DNA from: Thermoplasmatota archaeon
GTDB taxonomy: Archaea; Thermoplasmatota; Thermoplasmata; SG8-5; JACRNV01
DNA: 64,000 bases
Direction of reading: 5' to 3'
Assembly (NCBI GenBank): GCA_040753455.1
Contig: JBFMEL010000001.1
Coordinates: 5,810-69,809, forward strand
Position numbers and translations under genes: made by a program. Shown here piece after piece: positions 27,834 to 36,402 of the stretch; the first letter of the stretch is position 1, and each line of letters starts with the position of its first letter. The notes under the pieces are model-generated. The model did not search any database. It was given only the letters and a program-made list of their open reading frames with translations, and was not told the origin of the DNA.

Positions 27834-28215
27834 GGGCCCACATTTCTGTCCCGCAGAAAAAACGCAGCAGAAGAAATGTGGTAGGACGTGAGGAGCATAA
27901 AAGCAGATAGAAGCACCTCACGTCCGTGCCCAGGGCGAGGAAACACTCTCCTATCATATTCTCGCCCTGTTCGGAGCTCTAGGACAGACACAGCAAAAAC
28001 ACAGCAAAAGAAATGTGGTATAGACCACCTCACAGCTAACCAACAGGGCAGCTAACCAAGTGGTCGAACCCACGGCGAGGAAACAAACACACATCATATT
28101 CTCGCCGTGTTCTCAGCAAAAAAGAAACGCTGGTAGGACTACCGCACAACTAACCAATCGTGCAGTTAACCAAGTGGTCCGTACCCACGGCGAGGAAACA
28201 ATCTCTTCAGCCTAT
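27834..28215. repeat. Modular hairpin-repeat locus 2, immediately 3' of tRNA-Val: D hairpin, X2, Y, D-like, X1, Y, X1, Y
   Basis: D is cacatttctg-N-agaaatgtg. X2 is ggacgtgagg..cctcacgtcc. X1 is ggac(t/c)ac..cagctaacc..cagctaacc.agtggtcc. Y is ggcgagga-aaca..-ctcgcc. Confidence 0.65.
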
Positions 28216-28343
28216 CGCCCATCGAAATCACCCGTGCTATTCATTGACGATACCCCGCGCGACAAGGTGATTAAGCACCAGTGCCATATCACTCCACGGT
28301 GATATAAACGACGTATAGAAGGTTCAAGAATACCGCCACCCTC

Positions 28344-28547
28344 TTGATGTTCGGATATCTCTTCATCTTTCAGCTGATCGCATCCAGTTACGTGGCCATG
28401 TACCCGAAGGACCTCCTGGTGGCGCTCGGGCTCCTCATCGGTGTTGGGATGGTCATAGCCGCGGGTTATGGGCTCCTGGGCCCCGATACCAAGCGATCCA
28501 CCCCCTTCTCCCATCCTGCCTGGCGTCCCAAGGGGACACAGGCTTAG
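28344..28547 (+). CDS. Small putative membrane protein (67 aa)
   Basis: Two hydrophobic segments. GC3-rich codon usage like the neighbours. Weak RBS. Confidence 0.3.
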   Translation: MMFGYLFIFQLIASSYVAMYPKDLLVALGLLIGVGMVIAAGYGLLGPDTKRSTPFSHPAWRPKGTQA

Positions 28548-28554
28548 GCACGGC

Positions 28555-30195
28555 TCACACCACGGGCACCAGCGAAAGTCTTCCTAGGGCGGAGGGGTCC
28601 TCGATGATGAGGGCGTGCAGCCCGGTGTACGGCTTCTCCCCGTACAGGAATGTCTGATCGCCCAGGCGCTCGACCTTGACATGGATGCGCGCGGTGGACA
28701 TGATGAGGCGCTCGGTGTCGGGTTCCGAGGTGAAGCCAATGAATATAGCGCCCACCTTCCTCACCGCGTAGATGAGCGGTATGAGTGAGCCTTCCACGCG
28801 CTCATCGTACATCTTGCTGAGAGTGTCTAAGGAAAGGAGGATGACGAAAGGCTGTTGGGAGCCTGATAGGGCATATTCGATCCCTTCCCAGCGAAAGTCT
28901 GTCTCCACATTCGTCCCTTCCAGCAGGATGGTGTTCTTTAGGATGTCTTTGCTGAGACAGGTGGTAGGCTCGAAGACCCGCACGCGCTCGTAGAAGCGCT
29001 CCTCCCCGATCTGGCTGCTCAGCATCTGATAGGCTGTATGCCCTGTGCCATGCCTGGGGGGCAAGATGCAGACCCCTCTCTCCTGGGAGACGAAGTTAGC
29101 CACCATCGTATAACAGAGATTGCTCACGATGCTCGGTGAGACGTTATCTGCGAACTCGAAGACACCGACCGAGCCGTGCGCGAGTCCCCCGATGAGAAAA
29201 TCTATGTCTGCAGAGCCTGTGGACACGATATCTCCGCTGAGATCCGGAATAGGCTTGAAGTGCCTGGGCTTTCCTTCGCCGGAGCCTGGATCACCGATGG
29301 AATACCTCGGGCACTCGAAGACGCTCATTCGGCCGTCCAAAAGGGTGTAGCACACGGTCGGCTCGGTGATCGGACAGCCGCGGAGCTTCTCGATCGTTAA
29401 CACCCTCAACCGCCTTCCCTTGTGATACTGGGAGTGAAGGCGTATCACGCCGTCACCCAGATAGTCGAGCTGCGACTTCTCCGCCTCTTCGAGGATGTAC
29501 ACGAGGTTGGCTCCCGAGTTCTCGACCAGGTCCCTCTGAATAGTGTTCACGAGGCGCACCTGCGCCACTCCGTACTTCTCACTGAGGGAGTTGATGCTGT
29601 CGAACACGATCAGAGATTTCTTTGGCAACGCGCGCTCAACCACGTCATAGGCCCACTCGATCTCTGGGAGGTCGGACGACAGGTCAAGTGTCAACACCCC
29701 GTTCACCAGATCCCCGCGGTCCCCCTCTGCGGTCACGTCCGCCTCGCCCTCTATGATCTGGCCTTCGAGCTTCCTCAGTCCTGATCGATCCACTGCCACT
29801 GGCATGGTCTCGGTCCCCCTCAGCACCTTCAGGAGCGACTTCGCCTCCTGTTTGACAGCCTCGGGGAGACGCGCCTGGCATGTGCCCTTCCTCCCTCCGG
29901 GATGCAGGGCGTTCAGAAAACCACGTCCCCCGGCAATCAGGTCGTTCCTGCGCACCTTCTTCGCCAGCCATGGAAACTGGTTGTATAGACTCCTGTCAGT
30001 CACCCTCCCTGAGATGTAGTGCGTCGCCTCGATCCCCGAGAGCTCCTCGATGAGCTGCAGCGCGAACGTGGTCTTACCAGTGCCCGCATCCCCCTTTACT
30101 AGCAGGGAGTGCCCGCCAGGGCTCTCGAAGAAATCGAGTATCTGCTGAGGGATCTGTCCCTGGGCTGTTCCTCGCTTAGAACGCATTATACTCAA
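28555..30195 (-). CDS. KaiC/RecA-superfamily ATPase with two RecA-like domains. The second domain lacks a Walker A.
   Basis: Domain 1 Walker A GDAGTGKTTFALQ. Domain 2 has IGGLAHGSVGVFEFADN in the P-loop position. Confidence 0.8.
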   Translation of the reverse strand: MSIMRSKRGTAQGQIPQQILDFFESPGGHSLLVKGDAGTGKTTFALQLIEELSGIEATHYISGRVTDRSLYNQFPWLAKKVRRNDLIAGGRGFLNALHPGGRKGTCQARLPEAVKQEAKSLLKVLRGTETMPVAVDRSGLRKLEGQIIEGEADVTAEGDRGDLVNGVLTLDLSSDLPEIEWAYDVVERALPKKSLIVFDSINSLSEKYGVAQVRLVNTIQRDLVENSGANLVYILEEAEKSQLDYLGDGVIRLHSQYHKGRRLRVLTIEKLRGCPITEPTVCYTLLDGRMSVFECPRYSIGDPGSGEGKPRHFKPIPDLSGDIVSTGSADIDFLIGGLAHGSVGVFEFADNVSPSIVSNLCYTMVANFVSQERGVCILPPRHGTGHTAYQMLSSQIGEERFYERVRVFEPTTCLSKDILKNTILLEGTNVETDFRWEGIEYALSGSQQPFVILLSLDTLSKMYDERVEGSLIPLIYAVRKVGAIFIGFTSEPDTERLIMSTARIHVKVERLGDQTFLYGEKPYTGLHALIIEDPSALGRLSLVPVV

Positions 30196-30363
30196 TCAGG
30201 TTGGTATGCACTATATAATTCTTTTCATCTGGTTATCAGATGATTTTCCTGGGGCGATCGTCGCTCACCGTATCTATCGCCAGCACGGTGATACGCCGGG
30301 ATGATATTTGTCGTGCAGCGCACCTCCACATGCCCACCACTACCATTTTATATCCGGGCGCGG

Positions 30364-31563
30364 ATGCTTTTCCGTATGGAGCAGGGGGTCGCAGGTCTGC
30401 GCATCACGGTCGCCAGCAGGATACTACTCCATCTGCAGGATTACTGGTTGTGCGCAGATAGGCCGGAGTTCCCGCTGTCGGTCACCCAGCGGGGGATCGC
30501 GGATGCCACAGGGGTGCTGCTGACCCACGTGCCGAGAGCGCTGAAGCAGCTGAAGAAGGAAGGGCTCGTCCGGGAAGCCTCAGGGCATGTGGAAGGGGAG
30601 CGCAGGCGGTACAAGGTCTATTTCCTCACTGAGGAAGGGCTGCGCGTCGCTAAGGGGCTGAGGAGCTCGCTCCTGGAGACCATCGTGGCGTTCCGGGAGG
30701 ACGGAACTGTGAAAGATGCACCCCTTAAAACCCTCTTGGAGCGCATCCCCAGGGCGACGACTGGGCAGCTCATCTCCCGCATGGATGGGGAGGGGATCAT
30801 AGACCTCGGGACGAGGGCTGTAGCGCAGGGGAAGCGCACGCTGGACCAAGCACCACCTCTCGAAAAGATCATCGGAAGATCAGAGGAGATGAGGTACATG
30901 CGGCAGGCGCTGGAATCCCAGAGATGCAGGCTCCTCGTGGTCCTGGGCTCTCAGGGGGTGGGGAAGAGCGCGACAGTGCGCAGCTTCATAGAAGAAGAGT
31001 GCCCTGAGCTCGGGGCTGTCTGGATAGACCTAAGGTCTGCTCCCGGGCTCACCCATGTCTGGGAGGGGCTGAAGGCTCACTTCCACGCATTGAATGAGGC
31101 GCAGACCCCTGAAGAGATGGGGCGCGACCTCGCCCGCGCGCTCGAAGCCTCCAGGGATATAGTGGTCTTCGACGGCTACTGCGATGTGCCCGAAGCTACA
31201 GTGGAGTTCTTCGCAGCGCTGGTGGACGCGCTCCACACCTGTCGCGGTGGCGCAAAGGTGCTGATGACGATGCGCGAGGAGACCCCCTCCTACAACAGGT
31301 TCTACGAAAGGAACGATGTGGAGTCCGGACTGGTGGAGGAGATCCATCTTCGAGGCCTGGGTGCCGAGGACTCCGCCGCCCTCCTGGGTGCCGAGGGGAT
31401 AGATCCCGACGCCCTGCGCAGGATATACCTCATGACCAAGGGGAAGCCCCAGACCCTCAAGCTCATCGCCGCCGGGGACATGGAGCGCCTGAAGGCCACC
31501 ACGCGCCTCACCACGGAGGAGATACGCCTCCTGCTCTTCTTGAAGAATGTGAAGGGGGGGTGA
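30364..31563 (+). CDS. Winged-helix DNA-binding domain fused to an archaeal-ATPase-type (AAA+/ORC-like) P-loop domain
   Basis: N-terminal wHTH (ADATGVLLTHVPRALKQLKKEGLV). Walker A LGSQGVGKSA and Walker B IVVFDGY. Divergent from the KaiC-like gene. Confidence 0.65.
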   Translation: MLFRMEQGVAGLRITVASRILLHLQDYWLCADRPEFPLSVTQRGIADATGVLLTHVPRALKQLKKEGLVREASGHVEGERRRYKVYFLTEEGLRVAKGLRSSLLETIVAFREDGTVKDAPLKTLLERIPRATTGQLISRMDGEGIIDLGTRAVAQGKRTLDQAPPLEKIIGRSEEMRYMRQALESQRCRLLVVLGSQGVGKSATVRSFIEEECPELGAVWIDLRSAPGLTHVWEGLKAHFHALNEAQTPEEMGRDLARALEASRDIVVFDGYCDVPEATVEFFAALVDALHTCRGGAKVLMTMREETPSYNRFYERNDVESGLVEEIHLRGLGAEDSAALLGAEGIDPDALRRIYLMTKGKPQTLKLIAAGDMERLKATTRLTTEEIRLLLFLKNVKGG

Positions 31564-31634
31564 GTAGAGGTCCAGGGCCTCAGGTGCGCAACGAACGAAT
31601 ACCTGGAACAACAACGGTTGCCATTGTGCGCAGT

Positions 31635-31643
31635 TTTATATAG
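31635..31643 (+). promoter_or_regulatory. Strong TATA-like box (ttttatata) in a gene-free 270-bp spacer
   Basis: No protein gene lies downstream on + strand. Stable hairpins follow it (see findings). Confidence 0.3.
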
Positions 31644-31832
31644 GAAAACCGCATTACTCCTTTCAGTGATCTTACCTCTCGTTGCATAACGAGAGTAGTA
31701 TGTTGACCGCCGTTCCACGTGAACGGCGGCAAATTCCCGTTGGAGCGTCTTCTCGTGAAAGGTGTAAAAAAAGGCGTTCGTCCTTGTTGGTGGGGGCTAT
31801 TTAAACAGCCTCAAGTTGGGCGATAGCGCAGA

Positions 31833-32240
31833 CTATATGTCGAACAGCACCTCCGCCACCCCTCTCTCCACGTCAACGATTAGCATGTGGTACGTGACAG
31901 CCTTGACCTCCATCCTCAGTGTGTGTTTCTCGGGGTTCATGGGCTCACCCCAGGCGCGGGCAAGCAAACGCTCGCCATCCCTGCGCACCTCGAACCTGGA
32001 GAAGAGGAAGGCGTGCGCGTCCACCAGGTAGATGATCTCTGACAGAAAGCTGTAGAGCATTTCGTATGGTTCGCCAGGCTCCACGCTGATCTCCTTTATC
32101 TCTCTGCCCTCGACGGTCTCAGGGTCGCAGATGATGCTCATCATGCCCAGGGCAGCGCTCTCGAAGATCTCCTCCATGGTGCTGCCATGTGCCCTCACGC
32201 CAACATCTGCGGTGTGCTCTATGATCTCGAAGCGGGGCAT
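31833..32240 (-). CDS. Archease (RtcB ligase activator)
   Basis: MPRFEIIEHTADVGVRAHG is the archease N-terminal signature. 136 aa from the internal Met. Confidence 0.8.
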   Translation of the reverse strand: MPRFEIIEHTADVGVRAHGSTMEEIFESAALGMMSIICDPETVEGREIKEISVEPGEPYEMLYSFLSEIIYLVDAHAFLFSRFEVRRDGERLLARAWGEPMNPEKHTLRMEVKAVTYHMLIVDVERGVAEVLFDI

Positions 32241-32359
32241 CCTGCAGGCTGATACACCATGTGCTGATAACAGTTGCGCAGCGCGCCGCGATGACCCCCG
32301 AGCAAAACCTCGCGCGGATATTCCTGCTCTGGCTCGGATGATGGCGCTGGTCTCACTGC

Positions 32360-34195
32360 TCAGAAGAAGACAGGCGCCTTTCTCAGCCAGTCCACGTCCG
32401 AATTGTAGAGGGCGCGCATGTCCTCCAAGCCAAAGAGCACCATCGCCAGGCGCTCGAGCCCCTGACCCCATGCCATCACCGGGTGTTTGATTCCGAATGG
32501 GGCAAGCACCTCAGGGCGGAACATCCCTGCACCGCCCAGCTCCATCCACCTCCCCGCGTAGAAGGTCTCGACCTCCATGCTGGGCTCTGTGTACGGGAAG
32601 TAGCTGGGACGTATGCGGATCTGCTCGAACCCCATGCGCCTGTAGTATTCTGTGAGTATCCCCTTCAGCATCGCGAGGCTGGCATCCTCCTCCATCGCTA
32701 TGCCCTCCACCATCTGGAACTCCGCCAGGTGCCTTGCATCTATAGATTCTCTGCGGAAGACCCTTCCTATGGTGAATATCCTCACCGGGGGATCGGGATG
32801 CTCAGAAAGGTAGAGGATGCTGTTTACGGTGGTATGGGTCCGGAGGATCGCCTTCGTGGCATCCTCCTCCCTCCAGGCGTATCCCCAGCCCAGCGAGCCG
32901 TCTATGCCTTCTTCGTGGGCTTTCCTCACCTTCTTCACATACCCTTGCATGGGCAGGGGGATGCGGCTCGGTTGCGAAAGGTAGAAGGTGTCCTGCATCT
33001 CCCTCACTGGGTGATCCTGGGGGGTGAAGAGCGCGTCCATGTTCCAGAATGTGGACTGCACATAGCCGAACTCCACCTCGGTGAAGCCCATGGCCATGAA
33101 CGTCTCCCTGATCTTGGCGATGAACCTGCACAGCGGATGGCGCTTCCCGCCCTCGGCTGCTGGAGCATACGTGTCAGGGGCATAGGGTCTGAAACTGAGA
33201 TTTTTCCATGCGCCGGATACTAAGTGCTGCGGGGTGAGCTGGCTCACCTCTGAAACGATCCTCAGTCCTTCCTTTATCAGCGGCTCTGCCGCAGGGGCGA
33301 GGCTGGCCCAGCGCATCACCTCTTCCCTCGTTCTCAGCAGCCCCTGGCGCGACGTCAGCTGCCTCAGCACCACCTCATCGATCTCGCGCTCGTGCAGCTC
33401 CCCCATCTTTCCGAGCAGGGCAATCGTTTCCTCATCTTTCCCCTTGCGCTCGAGCGCCTCCTTCCCCTCCTCAGTGAGCACGAGGATCGTCTCTCCACCC
33501 ACCTTTTCAATCCTTGCCCATCCCTTGCGCTTCAGCCAGCCAACAGCGATGCTCACGTCGTCCTTGGAGAGCCTTGCGGCGGCGCCCAGCTCATCCATCC
33601 TTGCCTTTCCGCGCATCTTGCGCAGCGCCTTGAGCGCCTTTCTCTCTGGGAGGTCGGCTCCTGCCACATGCTTCCTGGCAAGAGAGTAGTAGCGCTCGAG
33701 GGTCTCTGAGATGAGCACGAGCCCTTTCGCCTGCAGCCAGGAGACAGCGTTCATCACCTCCACCTGCGATAGAAGCCCCACATCCCTCTTCTCCTCAGGG
33801 AGCACGGCGAGCTTCGACAGCGCGCTGCTGATCGCAGGCACTGCATCCCCAGTGAGATGCGCGAACCCCTTGCGCTGCAGCGGCACCTCGATACCGACCC
33901 AGGAGGGCAGGCAGCGGCTCGCCAGCACCCGCGTAACCTCCCCTCTGTAGTCCTCCTTTTCCTCGGCGATTATGGTGAGAAGGGCGCGCATGAGCTCGTC
34001 CACCTCGCGCTCCTTGGGCACCCTGCCCGCAGAGCTTTCTAGATCGAGCAGTGCCTGGCGCATCGTTGAGAGATGGGCCGCAACATCCTCCGGGGCAGAG
34101 CTGCGGATGATCTCCCATGGCGTGCCTGTGCCTCCGAGCTTCGAGAGCGCCAGGAGCACGCGCCGTTCGGCGCTGCTCAACTCCTCGACCTTCAT
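32360..34195 (-). CDS. pheS: Phenylalanyl-tRNA synthetase alpha subunit (archaeal/eukaryal type) with an extended N-terminal wHTH-repeat region
   Basis: Class II core FRPEVLAPFGI..WGQGLERLAMV and motif 2 region. Start at the Met MKVEEL. Confidence 0.85.
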   Translation of the reverse strand: MKVEELSSAERRVLLALSKLGGTGTPWEIIRSSAPEDVAAHLSTMRQALLDLESSAGRVPKEREVDELMRALLTIIAEEKEDYRGEVTRVLASRCLPSWVGIEVPLQRKGFAHLTGDAVPAISSALSKLAVLPEEKRDVGLLSQVEVMNAVSWLQAKGLVLISETLERYYSLARKHVAGADLPERKALKALRKMRGKARMDELGAAARLSKDDVSIAVGWLKRKGWARIEKVGGETILVLTEEGKEALERKGKDEETIALLGKMGELHEREIDEVVLRQLTSRQGLLRTREEVMRWASLAPAAEPLIKEGLRIVSEVSQLTPQHLVSGAWKNLSFRPYAPDTYAPAAEGGKRHPLCRFIAKIRETFMAMGFTEVEFGYVQSTFWNMDALFTPQDHPVREMQDTFYLSQPSRIPLPMQGYVKKVRKAHEEGIDGSLGWGYAWREEDATKAILRTHTTVNSILYLSEHPDPPVRIFTIGRVFRRESIDARHLAEFQMVEGIAMEEDASLAMLKGILTEYYRRMGFEQIRIRPSYFPYTEPSMEVETFYAGRWMELGGAGMFRPEVLAPFGIKHPVMAWGQGLERLAMVLFGLEDMRALYNSDVDWLRKAPVFF

Positions 34196-34432
34196 AGCAT
34201 CCCAGCGCAGAAGGACCATACAGATAAATCCTTTTCTGATTCGGGTGCCTATCCTGAGGGGACGCGAGATTCTCGGAACACTGGACATCGATTCCCATCA
34301 CCTACCTCTGCTCACGAAGTAGGAAGTTTCTGAGCGGATAGGGAAGATACGCAGCGGATTATTGTGATCTGGGGATAAATCCCCTGGGTGGAGGAGATCA
34401 AGGAGGGCGCTGTGACCTCTATTTACAAGGCC

Positions 34433-35503
34433 TTAGGACACGATCTCGTCCATTCTGCCTTTATCTATTCCTTCCTTAATTTCCTTGGCGATCCTCCGGC
34501 CTGTGGAGTATCCTGGCTCTATCAGATCGCTGTAGGGCGAGCCTGTGATGTGCACGTTTGTGCCCGCCACGATTCGGGCTGAGATCTCGAAGACCACGAA
34601 CTCCAACTGGTCTGTGACGATCGTTTCGAGGCAAAATGGTCCAATCATCCCGCCGAAGAGCTCGAAGGAGCGCTCCACCACCCTTTCACCCATCTCGAGC
34701 ACATTCGGCAGCAGCGACTCCCTTATGACCACTGGCACGTTCCCAGTGACCACGAAGGTGGGGTAGATGTCCAGGCGCTTCAGCTCCTCCTGTGCCCCCA
34801 GCTTGTACATCTCGTCCACGTTGCTCTCGTCCCTCCTGTCGAGCCCGAGCAGCTCTAGAGAGCCTTTTGAGAGCCTGTACCCCCTGTCCTTGAGGGGGGA
34901 GTAGAAGTAGTGGAGATAGTACCTTGTGCCCAGCACGTACTCCTGAATGTGGTATTTCTGGGTGTGATCTATCCCCAGTTTGAAATCGTGATAGTCCTTG
35001 GCGATGAAGAACCCGCGCCCACCTTTCGCACCATGATACTTCACCATCACCGGGCAGTCGATATCCTCCGGGCGCTCGATAAGAGCAGGCATCCTTATAC
35101 CTGCGGAGGTGAGCCACTCCCGTTCCTTTGTCCTGTCCGATTCCCAGTCCAGCACTGCTCGATTTCCGAAGGTGGGCACCTCAAGATTCTGAAAATTCTT
35201 TGCCCCGAAATACTCCACGAAAGAGCCATGGGGCACGAGGATGCAGTTCCGTGCTCGCAGCGCCTCCGTTCTCTCACCCAGTTCCCGCCAGTTCGCCAGC
35301 TCGAAGAATTCGTCAGGCTTCCCTTTGGGAAAGGCGTCGTAGTACCTCGGCGGATGTCCTATGCTCAACCCTAAGGTTCGAAACCCCTCCCTGCGGGCAC
35401 CATCGAAGATCTGAAGGCTGGTGTGAGAGCACACAGTGGCGATCGTGATCTCTTCCATGTCGTACCGCGCCAATATCTCCTTGATCTTCGCCTTAGGATC
35501 CAT
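34433..35503 (-). CDS. purP: 5-formaminoimidazole-4-carboxamide ribonucleotide synthetase (PurP, ATP-grasp)
   Basis: N-terminus ITIATVCSHTSLQI matches the archaeal PurP signature. Confidence 0.85.
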   Translation of the reverse strand: MDPKAKIKEILARYDMEEITIATVCSHTSLQIFDGARREGFRTLGLSIGHPPRYYDAFPKGKPDEFFELANWRELGERTEALRARNCILVPHGSFVEYFGAKNFQNLEVPTFGNRAVLDWESDRTKEREWLTSAGIRMPALIERPEDIDCPVMVKYHGAKGGRGFFIAKDYHDFKLGIDHTQKYHIQEYVLGTRYYLHYFYSPLKDRGYRLSKGSLELLGLDRRDESNVDEMYKLGAQEELKRLDIYPTFVVTGNVPVVIRESLLPNVLEMGERVVERSFELFGGMIGPFCLETIVTDQLEFVVFEISARIVAGTNVHITGSPYSDLIEPGYSTGRRIAKEIKEGIDKGRMDEIVS

Positions 35504-35718
35504 TATCTCCCGAATATGATGGAGGTATTAAACGTTATGCTCGGGGCGCTGGAGGTCGCCCTGCCACAACTCAACGCCTGCCTCGGCGTGTTGGCACCCG
35601 ACCCCGCCTCCTGTCTTTTTAGCCAGATAGAGGTCTTATGTCTTTACATCCCACCTCTATTGTGCTCTACCCTCATCTCATCATCCACCGTCCTGGGTTC
35701 GGGCGCTCCAGACAAAGG

Positions 35719-35725
35719 TTTAATA
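35719..35725 (+). promoter_or_regulatory. TATA box (tttaata) ~28 nt upstream of tRNA-Tyr
   Basis: Spacing consistent with an archaeal tRNA promoter. Confidence 0.35.
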
Positions 35726-35749
35726 CCCGATGCCGCATAATGGAAAGCG

Positions 35750-35857
35750 CCCGACTTAGCTCAGACTGGCTGGAGCGGCTGACTGTAGTAGGTCATCGGC
35801 AACGCCGATTCAGCTGCTGAAATCAGCAGGTCCCCGGTTCAAATCCGGGAGTCGGGA
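35750..35857 (+). tRNA. tRNA-Tyr (anticodon GTA) with a ~33-nt intron at the canonical 37/38 position
   Basis: Acceptor CCCGACT/AGTCGGG. D-arm GCTC..GAGC. Anticodon stem GCTGA/TCAGC with loop CTGTAG[intron]A. 5-nt variable loop. T-arm CCCGG-TTCAAAT-CCGGG. Confidence 0.65.
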
Positions 35858-35880
35858 TTATTTTATTAGCATATACGAGA

Positions 35881-36320
35881 CTCCTGGATAGGACTACCGC
35901 ACAGCTAACCAACTGGACAGCTAACCCAGTGGTCCGTTTCCGGGAGACGGGATCACATTTCTGTTTGCATCAATCAAGCAGAGAAAGAAATGTGATAGAC
36001 CGCAAGGAGCATAAAAGCAAACAAAAATCACCTTGCGGTCGTGTCTACGGCGAGGAAACAATCTCACATCGTATCCTCGCCGTGCTGCAAGCAGATAGAA
36101 ACACCGATAGGACTACCGCACAATTACCCAATATAACAGTTAACCAAGTGGTCCGTGTCCACGGCGAGGAAACAATCTCACATCGTATCCTCGCCGTGCT
36201 CTCATCATCCTCCCAGCAATGATAGGACGTGAGGAGCATAAAAGCAAGTAGAAAGCACCTCACGTCCGTGTCCAGGGCGAGGAAACAATCTCCCATCATA
36301 TACTCGCCGTGATAGAAGGA
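35881..36320. repeat. Modular hairpin-repeat locus 3, 3' of tRNA-Tyr: X1, D, X2 (variant stem), Y, X1, Y, X2, Y
   Basis: Same element families as loci 1 and 2. The X2 copy at ~36002-36040 has the stem gaccgcaagg/ccttgcggtc with the loop conserved. Confidence 0.65.
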
Positions 36321-36402
36321 GATAGAAACAAAGATAGGCCTCCTGGGTAGCTCACCCAATGAGGGGAGATCCCAATGGCCTCAGAAAATGTGAACCGTCC
36401 AT

